DNA of 63,338 nucleotides, filler included, from Reticulomyxa filosa (Eukaryota; Protista; Foraminifera): NCBI GenBank assembly GCA_000512085.1. It is 21 parts of 21 records of this genome, joined end to end, with 100 filler letters (N's around TTAATTAATTAA, not from the genome) between each part and the next. Parts side by side here need not be neighbours in the genome. Positions count along the whole stretch, not along the records: positions 11,180 to 17,289 come from ASPP01045223.1; positions 17,390 to 22,683 come from ASPP01013623.1; positions 22,784 to 24,167 come from ASPP01013696.1; positions 24,268 to 25,267 come from ASPP01045216.1; positions 25,368 to 31,563 come from ASPP01006388.1; 16 more parts are not named here. One strand, 5' to 3'. Shown piece by piece: positions 14,345 to 25,424 of this stretch (position 1 is its first letter; each line of letters starts with the position of its first letter). The notes under the pieces were generated by a model. It saw only the letters and a program-made list of their open reading frames with translations, ran no database searches and was not told where the DNA came from. The position numbers and the translations under genes were made by a program.

Positions 14345-15600
14345 CCTTCCAAAGATCTAAGCTATGTTTTCAAACAATTGGCAAAAATATGGACATTTTG
14401 TTCCTCGAATGTAAAATTTTTCATTCGAAGCTTGATTTGTTTGTTTTTATTTGTAGGAAGTGAATAAAAATGTACACATCCCCCCACAAATCCTGCTTCT
14501 TATAACACTAAACTTTATTTCTTAATTTTCGAAGGTCTGCACTGCTGGCCGATTTTCGGAATATTCCTTCGTTATGAAATCCATTAAATTCCTTGACCTT
14601 TTCACATAACAAAGGCACAATATAAGGAATAGTTGCATTAGCGTCCATTTCCTTGGTAACAGCCATTGCATCTTCAATCGACAAAAACACGTCGCGATAT
14701 TCAAAGTCCAAAGAAACTTTTTGTTCTTCCGTGGGGACATACTTTCCATGCTTTTCCACACTACATATATACTGCATATTTATATACGTTGTTTGCATGT
14801 TATAGAAGAAGAGAAATGGAAACCCAACCAAAAGTTGACAAATTTTTCCAATTCTTGTTGTGGATTCAGCGTTTCAAGTGTTGCCAAAATATCATTTTGA
14901 AGAACCTTACATATGTACATACATGTATGTATATGTGTGATCTTGACTGTTACATCGGTCCCTTTTCCCCCCTTCCTCACGTACACACATGTAAGAAACA
15001 GAGAAATGGAATGAAAGTTGAGACATGCCACGAAAACACAGAACTGTCAACTTTTTGTCATTTTGGATTGCTTTTGCTTCGCCAACAACTTGTTAAACAA
15101 GGTGATCATTGATTCAATTTGCAGATGTTTCGTATTGATCACGTCTTGTTTCCAGCCTTCATATTCTTCATTGTATCTTTTTTTGTTTTGAAAAACAGTG
15201 CTGCAATATGATTATACACATATATACATATACATATATGTATACATATACATATATATGTATAGTATAGGTTAATATTAATTGACTTTTTTAATTCCAT
15301 ATTATATTTGTTGACAGCTGCTTGAAATTGTTTTCCCAAATTTCTGGTTTTGACATAATCTACGTCTTGGGACACTTTATTTTTTTTCTGCAGTGGGTTT
15401 GCTTTTTCCCAACAATTGGAACAGGTTTGAGGTGATGCTGCTCGTGCCAGAGTCCGCTATGGGTTTCCAAGTAGCTCCATTCGTGCCGTCCAATTTTTGT
15501 CTGCTTTTTATCACATTCTCAGCTGCATCACTAGTCTCTTTCCTCCACTTCGCCGCTTTGTTTTTCAATTTCTTCAGTTTGTTATTATTATTACAATATA
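14345..15600 (-). pseudogene. RhoGAP gene fragment with an upstream coiled-coil/F-BAR-like region and an in-frame stop
   Basis: IPYIVPLLCEKVKEFNGFHNEGIFRKSAS (arginine finger). Next exon NVHIFANCLKT*LRSLE has TAG at 14362-14364 where Trp would fit. Confidence 0.75.
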
Positions 15601-15750
15601 TCTTTTTTTTTTGTTTTATACTGTTCAATAAAAAAATAATAAAAAGGAATTCTTGCGACGAACGAGCGAATGATGAACATACAACATATCAAAGTATGTT
15701 AAAATATACATTTCATGTTTTTTTTATTTTTTTTTATTTTTTTATTTTAA

Positions 15751-16056
15751 GGACGGCAGTGGAGACTCGAACCCACATATCCGCTACAATTATAGAGAAG
15801 ATCCTGAATTGCACGACCGCTCCACACTGCTGATATTGCTACCAGCAGTATAAACGACCGTGTATCAGTGTGTAGTCAAGAATGCATATGGCCCAAGACG
15901 CACCCCAACACACTGACCAACCGAGCAACACTTTTGATGTTGCACCACACCCCACCTCCCAAGAAGCCTCGAAAGACTTCCCAAAGATGGATGGCTGGCC
16001 CTAATGCGAGACAGTATCATAAATTCGGCGGGCTTTACGCATTAAGCTACGCCGCT
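15751..16056 (-). ncRNA. 306-nt tRNA-framed, highly structured RNA or SINE-like element of unknown class
   Basis: 5' end AGCGGCG-TA-GCTT-AATGCGTA-AAGC. 3' end GTGGG-TTCGAGT-CTCCAC-TGCCGTC-C. The ends pair as an acceptor stem. Interior folds into long helices rich in G-U pairs with GCAA and TTCG loops. Confidence 0.75.
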
Positions 16057-17044
16057 TCAAATTGTTTAGACTTTTTTTACATATTTCCCCCAATAAGATA
16101 AAAAAAACACTTTTAAATAATTATGTATATAAAAACATCAAATAGTCCGACTCCGCAGGAAAAGAACGTTTTCGGATTAAAGAATGACTGCTTGAATAAA
16201 ACTTATTTTGTCGGAATCATCGAAAGGGCCCAAAATCTTTAATCAATCAAAGAGAATGTTTTTTTTTTTATAAATGTTGTTCATAGAACAATAAAACTTA
16301 ACTTTTACTTTCTTTATTGTGAAAGAAATAAAGAAATTAATTTTGAGAAGCAAAAGTAGTGACAACAAAAAGTCACCCAGAACTTTGCTAATGATCTATT
16401 TTGCTTCTTGTAGTTTTTTTGAATTGTTGGATTTTGCATTTGATTAAAATCAATTTCTTTCAGTAAAGAAATGTGCTGCATTATCTAGAAATTATTGAAT
16501 AAAACTTGTATTAACAATTTGATGCCATCTCAAAAATAAAAAAGTATATTTCCATTCAGGTTATCACTTTTGAATGTATTACGATTAATAATAAATATGA
16601 ATGAAATTGTTTGCGATGTAAATGAAACATAAATAATGCTGCAATCTAGCAGACTTTTTGCCCATTTTCTTTATTTTTTTTGTAATGTGTTGTTTGATGA
16701 CATCAAGAGCTAGTTCTTGAATTGATATTGAAAGAGATTTGTGATTTACCTTTTTTTTTGTGTGAATATGTTCTGGGCTAAGTGGACAATTCTTACAAAC
16801 AACTTCCACCCAATTCAGGAAGCATTGGCAAAAATTATTTTCTTTTTACAACACATAACTTGTAATAATCTAGTCTGTTTGAGAAAAACAAACCTGTTGC
16901 AAAAAAAATATCTTCAAACAAAGATTATTTGAGTCACAGGAAAACGACAGAAATACTTTTGTGCGTAATATTTTGTAATAGAAAGAATAATGAGTTGCAT
17001 GTTGTCACAGTTTGCCAACAGTCATAAGTGAATGCCAAAAAAAT

Positions 17045-17289
17045 AAAAAATTCCTCTGCATTTTATTGTGCCACACACAAACAAGAAATTTTATTATTAT
17101 CTTCAATGGGGAACTTGTAATCATAGCATAACTCTTCTCCTTTTGGAGATGAACTTTTTGCTGTAAATAATGACTTGCATTTTGTGTTGTCAACAGAAAT
17201 GATCCTGGTTGCACAATTCGGATCACAGACTATGATTGATGAATATAGCAATATTTCCTTTCATAGTTGCGTCAATGATAAGTTGTGAA
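17045..17289 (-). pseudogene. SET1/MLL-like SET plus post-SET C-terminal fragment, frameshifted
   Basis: IIDATMKGNIAIFINHS (shift) CDPNCATRII..KGEELCYDYKFPIEDNNKISCLC (shift) ..CRG. Confidence 0.85.
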
Positions 17290-19806
17290 NNNNNNNNNNN
17301 NNNNNNNNNNNNNNNNNNNNNNNNNNNNNNNNNTTAATTAATTAANNNNNNNNNNNNNNNNNNNNNNNNNNNNNNNNNNNNNNNNNNNNTTCACTTCGTT
17401 CAATGATCTTTGCATGTTGTTTTATTTTATTTGATTTCAATTCATAAAACAATCTCACATATAAAACATATCTATGTGACTTTTTATATTTTATTGGATG
17501 CAGATGTCAGTATGATCTATTAAAAAAAAATCAAAACTAAAATAAAAAAAATTTAATCAAGCTAAGCTTTGGCGCAACAAAGTATAGCGTTTAGCGATCC
17601 ATTAGTGCAACAAATTAGAGATTTTCATGAGAATATACAGTTGATTGGTACAACAACAAACAACACAACAATTGATGCAACAATCAATGCAACAATCTCA
17701 ACAATATAACCTATTGATACAAAGCAATCAACAATTGACGCAACAGTTGCTACAAACATCGATGCAACAATCGCGATTGGAAACTTTACATAGCCAAAAT
17801 GCAGAGTTAATACAAAAAGTAGAAACTATGCATAACCAAAATGAAAGCATGCTACAACAAATTAAAAATATAATACAATAAATGAATACAACAACAAGTT
17901 GGTAATAGATAATATAGAATTACGAACAAATTGACACATTTTATAATATAATTTCTAAAAAAAGAACAGTTGATACATTCGATATAGACTACAGCTTTGG
18001 ATCCTCAAATAAACGACAAAGGCATAATGACTATGCTCATACACAATCATTTTTCGATGAAGATCAGCATTAATATTTTATTTTTTAAAAATATAAATAA
18101 AGCATTTTTGAAATTAATTATATCTTTTGAATTTGTTTCATTTGTAAAGATTGTATTTTTTGGTGAAATTTTATTTTTTTAATATCATTTTAAGTGTAAT
18201 TTTTTGATTTTTCCTTTTTTTTGAATTAGTAAAAAATATTTGAAGCAACAACGATATCACATTGTTTTAAATTAAAAGCTTTTTTGGTTTTTATGAATCA
18301 AACTATGTTAAATTGTATAATTTAATTAAAATAATTGCATCTCTTTACAGTCAGCTAAAAAAAAAAGATCACCATATAAATATTTGCAATTATATTAATG
18401 AAAAAGTAACATTTTTACATTGTCATTAATGCATGACAGTGTTTTTTTGTACAAAAATATAGAATATTACTTTTTTTGTAAATAATTTGAAGATATCTTT
18501 TGACACAAAGAACTTTCTTACTTTCGTATTAAATTTTGTACAAGATAAACACTAAATAAAAAATACATTGATGTTAAAACAATATTTTTTCAAAATAATA
18601 AAACGAATAAAATGCTTAAATAATAAAAAAAATATCATAACTAAAAAATACATTTTTATTTCAGCAAATAAACTTCTATTTCTTTTACTTGAAATTTGCC
18701 TTATATTAGTGCGTTCGATGGGCCTTCATATACTATTTTCAGCAATTGCGTTGCAAACGTTTTTTAAGTCTTACGATGAACCAGCTTATGCTAATGTAGC
18801 CACCAAAAACACAATTTTGAGTTTCTTACAATTTGAAAACATATCCTTAAAAGCACTTTTTTTTTATAGATTTATTGTGAGAAAAAAAACTAAGGATCCA
18901 GGTAAAACTAGTTTGTCGAATCCTTAAAATCAATTTTCTATATACTTGTGGAATAATTATAGAAAAGCAAAATTGAAGATACATAATGTTTAACTTAAAA
19001 AATAATATTGAACACAAACAAAATAATATTAAAAAATTGATTGTAAGTAATGTCTTTTTAAAGTAATATATTTAAATAAACTAATTTTGATTAAAATTTT
19101 TTGAAAATAATATTATTATTTATTGTCGAAAAAAAATGAAAGTTACCGTAGACAAGTGGATGTTAGATGGAAAAAAAACTATATGTACTTTTACTTTTTT
19201 TTTAGTTCTTTAATCTTTTTACTTTACTTGAGTTTTTTTGTTAAGCAAGTTTGCAATTTCATTTTTTTAAAAAATTATGGATTTGACTTTTGAAACAAAT
19301 TTTTTCACAAATTTTTAATGAAAATGAAATGACACCAAACATCAGTAATTTTTCAAAGTTAAGTGGTTTTATTTATTATGTTTGGAGTAAATCATTGGCT
19401 GCACCACATTTGGATGGCGTTTCAATCGAGATACCAAAAGACATATTTATTGTCAATTTCATTTACGCAGCAACTTATGGAACATTATTTTTATTAAATA
19501 ATAGCAATTTTTTTCAATCAACCTACTTCATTGGATCATCTTTAACACCAATTTCTTATGTGTTTGCATTTGTTCTAATTGGTCTAATCATTGGCGATTC
19601 TTTTCCATTTTTCTTTTTTTTGATATAATGTTTTGGCGTTTCGATTTTTTCTTTGAGTGATCTGATTGTGGTGGTTGTGAAAGAAAAAATATGTCATTAA
19701 ATATTTTGATTCTGTTTTGTCGATAATCATTAATCATTTTTTCCAATTTTGTCATTTTTTTGCTATTTTTTATCATCGATAATAAAAAAACAATCAAATC
19801 AATATA

Positions 19807-20355
19807 ATGCTAGTTGTTAGACAAATTACATTAGGCCCAAAATCAGCATTGCATGACGTAGCTTTGTATGATACATTATTATCATTTACAAAGTTGCGTG
19901 AAGCACGAATGGTAAGAGGTACTAAATTAGATAATCCTTTTGATAAATTAAGTGCAAATATGGAAACCCTTGCTGAAAGAGAATCGTTTTGGTTGTTAGC
20001 AGCTTTTGAACTAATGTATGATAGACCTGAATTGTCAATTATGTTGGGAGGTACAGGTCTTGAGCAAGTGTCTGCTTTGGCAAATATGTTAAAACAAGAA
20101 GGTGATAGAGAATATGCGAAAGATTTATTTAGGGATTCTTCATTAAAAGTAATGCGTGCTCTTGGTCCTTTAGGTCTTGGTCAAAATATTACAATTAAAA
20201 CACGATGTTCTGAATTAATATACCATCCAAACGCAAGTAGTACATCAACAGATATTGTTGGTGGAATGTGGGATTTTCTTAAGAAATCATTAGGATATGG
20301 CGACGAAATTTCTGAAGATATTGGCACTTGGCCATATCCAAACAAAAAACAATAA
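19807..20355 (+). CDS. Hypothetical 182-aa intronless protein
   Basis: Clean ATG-to-stop ORF with globular-protein-like composition in very AT-rich flanks. No motif recognised. Confidence 0.6.
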   Translation: MLVVRQITLGPKSALHDVALYDTLLSFTKLREARMVRGTKLDNPFDKLSANMETLAERESFWLLAAFELMYDRPELSIMLGGTGLEQVSALANMLKQEGDREYAKDLFRDSSLKVMRALGPLGLGQNITIKTRCSELIYHPNASSTSTDIVGGMWDFLKKSLGYGDEISEDIGTWPYPNKKQ

Positions 20356-20563
20356 TATTCAATTATTTTAAAAAAAAGCCCTTATTTCACTTAACATAAT
20401 ATATTTTTTTTTCCTTCAACTCATTATTGACCATTATTTCGAGGAAATTTATGAAAGTGGTCAAAGGTACCCCCCATGAACATATGAGTTTTTTTACTTT
20501 ACTACTTGCGTTTCCTGTTTTCTTGTCATCATTACTTGTGTGTGAAAACCTCCCCTTTTGACC

Positions 20564-22196
20564 ATGTCTAACTCTAAAAACTTTAGCACCAACGAAAGAA
20601 ACATGTTGTATTTGGCGCCTGAAGATGAACATCTCATTGGCGAGCGTGAATTTAAAGCTTTTTGCCATGGTTCAGACATTCGAGCAACCACCAGTCCCCC
20701 TCCTGAAGAAGCAGTTTTTGACACTGAAAAGTTTTTCCAAGATCATTACGCTTCATCGTTCTTACCACTTGCAGATGAATCAGTTCCGGCACCAGCATCA
20801 TTACCAATTCTGCCGACCGGTCTGTGTATGTTTTTTTTACACAAGTTTTTTCGCAACTCCAGTTTTTTGAACAATCTGAAACAGCACCAGTGGCAGTACC
20901 AACACCAATGGCGAACGGTCTGTTTATGTTTTTTACTAGTTGTTTTTTTTTTCGTAATTCCAATTTTTTTGAATTAGTTGAATCAGCGCCAGCACCACTA
21001 CCAATTGAAAACGTTGTTAATGCATCGTTAGAAATACCTGCAAGTGTGGCATTACCTTGTGATCTTGTGAAAGAATTACGAGGAAAAAAAGACGATGATG
21101 AAGTCAGTGCAATCACTGACAGAATGGAAAAAGGTTTGTATATATTTTTTTTGGTAACTCCATTTTCTCACCCTCTTTTTTTCCATAAGAAATTTCTTCA
21201 CTCCAAAAAGTGTTTCCAGCAACACCCCCTCTTCTTTCACTCCAAAAAACATTTCACTCTTTTTTCCATTAGAAATTTCCAAAACTCCAATATTTTTCTT
21301 ATCTCCCTTTTCACTCCAAAATCAGCAAGCATATCGAGTGGCAGTTTTCCTTTACATCGAGCAAGGTTGAGTGGAAAAAAAAGACGACCTATTTGCATTG
21401 CGAGTGATGCCGATGATGAAATTGACGACCTCCCATTAACCCAAAACCTCAAACCAAGGCTGTCAGATGCTGAGATGATGGAAAAAAGAAAGATATTATT
21501 ACAAAAACCAAGACCTTCAATTAATATTGTCAATCCATGTCCATTGCTAATTTCAAACATTGACATTGCAAATCCATTGAATTTACATTTCCACCACACC
21601 AAAGTCAAGAAATTCCAATAGGTGATACTTTACAAAGTCTTTTTTTTCCTTTCCAAAACATAACACCAGCACCAGGTCCTGTTATACCACAACCCCGCAT
21701 ACCAGAAGGCTTTAAAATTGACATTGGTTTTAACTTTAATGGTTTAAGTCACACAATATCTGCAGATATTGCTGGTGTTGATGTTGTCCCCAATAAAAAT
21801 AATCCAATAATACCACAAATTATTGAAGCTGCAAAAAAACAAATTATGAACAAACCATATGTCGAGACTGCAGACCAAGAAATGCAGACTGACTGCTCTA
21901 CAATTGCAGCCCAATTCATGATACGTATACGATCGCTTGGGGTTGACATTTTCTTTGACCCAACTCCCCCCATCTGTCAGCAATTAATATCGTCAATTAT
22001 CAAAAAAAAAACACTCGTTAAAAAAGAAGAAAAAGACGACGATTTTTTTAAAAAATTTGAAATGATTTCAGAAGAAAAACAAACTGAAATCATAACTATG
22101 ACCAGCGATCTTTGTGAAGATATTATTGAAGTTTTCAAAAAGGATGCTGTTGAATATGTTAGAAGAGGCAGAATGAGAATTAAGAAAGGCAAATAA
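20564..22196 (+). CDS. Hypothetical multi-exon protein, probably degenerate
   Basis: Protein-like segments (MSNSKNF.., ESAPAPLP.., FKIDIGFNFNG..RRGRMRIKKGK*) separated by T-rich intron-like blocks. Some acceptors lack AG at the expected place. Confidence 0.4.
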
Positions 22197-22783
22197 ATAT
22201 TTTATCGATTTTTTCATAAAAAAACCAATGAACATCGATATTTTGAACCCATCAATAAAATACAAAAAAACTTCATGGGAAAGGTTTATGGAAAACAGAG
22301 TGACAACAATCAATTATATATCGAAATTTTATCCCAGATGACTAACATTTTAACTCTTTTACATTATTACTTCTGCTTGAAATAATAGAGATTTATAACT
22401 ACATTATCTCGGAAATACTTACAAAAAAATATCATCACCTTTTTTTCTTAGAAGAGTAGAGTAAAGTTTTATACTAAGATTTTTTTTAAAAGGTATAGCT
22501 TTCAAAAAAATAAAAGAGTTTGTAAAACAAAAAAAATAAGTGTTTGTGATTATGAATTCAATAAAAATGTTAAATCTTTTTGACATGCTTCGAATATCAA
22601 AAATTTCTATTTCAAAATGTGTTATTGACACAAAGACTATGACATTAGGAAAGCGCCAGATTGAAGAATAATTAACGTCAAAANNNNNNNNNNNNNNNNN
22701 NNNNNNNNNNNNNNNNNNNNNNNNNNNTTAATTAATTAANNNNNNNNNNNNNNNNNNNNNNNNNNNNNNNNNNNNNNNNNNNN

Positions 22784-22820
<37 letters not shown>

Positions 22821-22883
22821 AAAAACATTTCCACAACATTAACAATACGATTCGTTTCAACAAAGCAAATGCACACAAAATAC

Positions 22884-24135
22884 CCTTTGATGTCATGGCT
22901 TGTTCCAACGACAGCCGCTTCCGCAATTGCTGGATGCTGAACAACGGCCGACTCAATTTCGGCAGTGCCCAAGCGATGTCCACTGACATTGAGGACATCA
23001 TCGACACGACCAGTGATCCAATAATATCCATCCTTGTCCCGTTTCGCACCATCTCCGGTGAAGTAGTATCCGGGATAAGGTTTCATATAAGTATTTAAAT
23101 AGCGGTCATGCGCGCCATAGACTGTTCTCGCCATGCCAGGCCAAGGTCGCTTGATGACTAAAATGCCATCTTGTTCCTCTTCCGAAGACGACGAGGATGA
23201 CTTTTCCACATTTTTTTCAGAGGTCACATCTGGGATTTTGTCTGTGGTTTTGTCTGTCGTCTTTTCCGTTGGTTTTTGCTGCACGTCTTTTTCAGAGGAC
23301 TGTTTATTGCCATTGATCAACTTGTCTCCCCAAGTGCCTTTCTGCGGAGGTATTTCCTCCCCTGTCTCTTTATTCAGCAACGCCGGTTCGATTCCAAAGA
23401 AAGGCAGAGTCACTGAGCCAGGTTTCAAGTCCGTCGCCCCTGGCAAGGGGGTTATCATTATACCACCAGTTTCCGTCTATTTTTTTTTTTTTTTTTTTTT
23501 TTTTTTCCCCCCCCCCTTTTTTTTTGCTTTACATACATATAATATACATACATATGTATATACATTTTTTGTCTCTTTCAATAAACAAATAAAAAAAACG
23601 TGAGCATATACACGAAATGGAATAAACATTTCATTCATGTACAAATCACGTTTTTTTATATATTATTGATTATTGATTATTGTATTAACTTGCCAGTATG
23701 TATCTACAATAGGGCATCTTCGCTCACCAACGACATTGTAATACCAGAGCCAAGACTCGGGATTGATGGGCTCTCCGACGGTGCCGAGAACCTTGAGCGA
23801 CGACCGGTCATACTTTTTGACGATCTCGTCTCCGTATTTCATGAGCAGGCGAATTGCCGTGGGCGCGGTGTAAAACTGCGTGATCTTGTGCCTTTGCACC
23901 ATGTCCCAGTACCTCCCTTCGTTCGGATATACCGGCGTGCTTTCGAACATGAACGTGGTGGCGCCATTGGCCAAAGGGCCGTACACAATATACGAGTGTC
24001 CCGTGATCCACCCGACGTCAGCCATGCAAGCATACACATCACCGGGTTGCACATCAAACACTAAACGATGAGTCGCCATCGTATAAAGAAGATATCCTGC
24101 CTGAGTATGCAAGCACCTTTGGGACTCCAGTCGAA

Positions 24136-24137
<2 letters not shown>
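22884..24137 (-). CDS. acs: Acetyl-CoA synthetase (AMP-forming), internal fragment
   Basis: [89 protein letters not shown]. Confidence 0.97.
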
Positions 24138-24167
<30 letters not shown>

Positions 24168-24340
24168 NNNNNNNNNNNNNNNNNNNNNNNNNNNNNNNNN
24201 NNNNNNNNNNNTTAATTAATTAANNNNNNNNNNNNNNNNNNNNNNNNNNNNNNNNNNNNNNNNNNNNTTCCTTTTAGTCTGCGAATAATCCCTTTGACGG
24301 GTCATTTTCAAGCTTTTGGATCCTTTGTTTATGCACATAT

Positions 24341-24377
<37 letters not shown>

Positions 24378-24401
24378 AGTATATACGTGTATACGTAGAT
24401 A

Positions 24402-25260
24402 TTAATGAGATTTATTTCTATATGTAGCATATGCAAAACTTTCACGTTTGGATGTTTGTTCGCCTTTTGTGGCAGTTTTCGAAAGTATAATCGGTCGGGT
24501 GACATTGGAAGATTTATTATTTTTGGTGGATATGTCAGTGGATGTGATGGCACTGACAACGTGGCGTTTTTTCGAAGGGATTGGGTCCCATCTTTTGCTT
24601 GGTTGTTTTTTAGTCTTTTGAACAGACTCTTGGAATGTCTCCAAATCTTCAAAGAAAATAGGAGTGACCATTCTTTCGTTGTGATTCACTGTAAGGCTGA
24701 CCACTTCACTCGCCGCTTCCGTCGCATTGTTTGAGCGTTTGTACTTACTCCATAGTGGTTGAACGGAAAGGGGATCAGATCGACTAGCTTGCTCGTTCAT
24801 TGCTTGCGAACTTGAATTCACTGTCTCTTGGCAGGTTAAATTATTGTTCGCCGTATCGTCGAGTTTTGCATCATCTAATGGGGATGGAAATACCAAACAC
24901 AAGACAAAATAAAAAAGTACGTATACTTCAAAAAAGAAAAAAAGGGAGATCACTATAGTTACAAGAATGATAGTAACAACCATAAACATTTTTATTTTTA
25001 TTTTTGTTATTGTTGTTATTCGAAGCAAATGTAAAAAAAAAATATATATATTAGTTATTATCAAGCAGTGACTAGACTTTGTTGATTTGCCTGCAATTCG
25101 ACAGTGACATGTATGTCGTTAGATCCGGGCACCTCAGTGCAAGAAAAGATTTCTGTGGCTTTCTTTTGGTCCACGCAGAAGCAGATGAGCATATTTTTAA
25201 TTTCTTTGTTGGCTTGTTTTGAGGCAATAAACATTGTTGTCGTTCCATAATGAGTCAATT
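24402..25260 (-). CDS. Hypothetical protein fragment
   Basis: Protein-like exons ~24420-24880 and ~25060-25260. No domain recognised. Confidence 0.35.
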
Positions 25261-25424
25261 TGAATAANNNNNNNNNNNNNNNNNNNNNNNNNNNNNNNNN
25301 NNNNNNNNNNNTTAATTAATTAANNNNNNNNNNNNNNNNNNNNNNNNNNNNNNNNNNNNNNNNNNNNTTTTTTTTTTGTTTTGTTTTGTTTTGTTTTTTT
25401 TTTCCTTGTTTTTTTTTTTAATTA

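Noticed and set aside
14362-14364. TAG reassigned to Trp
   Set aside because: Single instance in a truncated gene, and other genes here use TGG for Trp. A G-to-A mutation is simpler.
15790-15985. RNase P/MRP RNA (GGGAAGTC and CAATTCAG resemble CR-I and CR-V)
   Set aside because: The CR-I-like segment is tied up in a strong local hairpin and P4 complementarity is poor. An Rfam search is still warranted.
15865-16020. 51-codon minus-strand ORF (MILSRIRASH..) inside the structured element
   Set aside because: It runs through the helices and has no protein-like features. Probably incidental.
16015-16030. tRNA-Ile(TAT) with a long intron (TT-TAT-G)
   Set aside because: It would need an 8-9 bp anticodon stem with mismatches and G37, which is not canonical geometry.
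15751-16056. tmRNA or group I intron-containing tRNA
   Set aside because: No G3-U70 pair and no encoded CCA, and a full D-stem is present. No recognisable group I P7/S core and no reconstructable anticodon loop.
24110-24120. Programmed frameshift in acs after PKG, and likewise in the TBC tail at ~38010
   Set aside because: Single-base slips near a contig end or in a homopolymer. Sequencing error is more likely.
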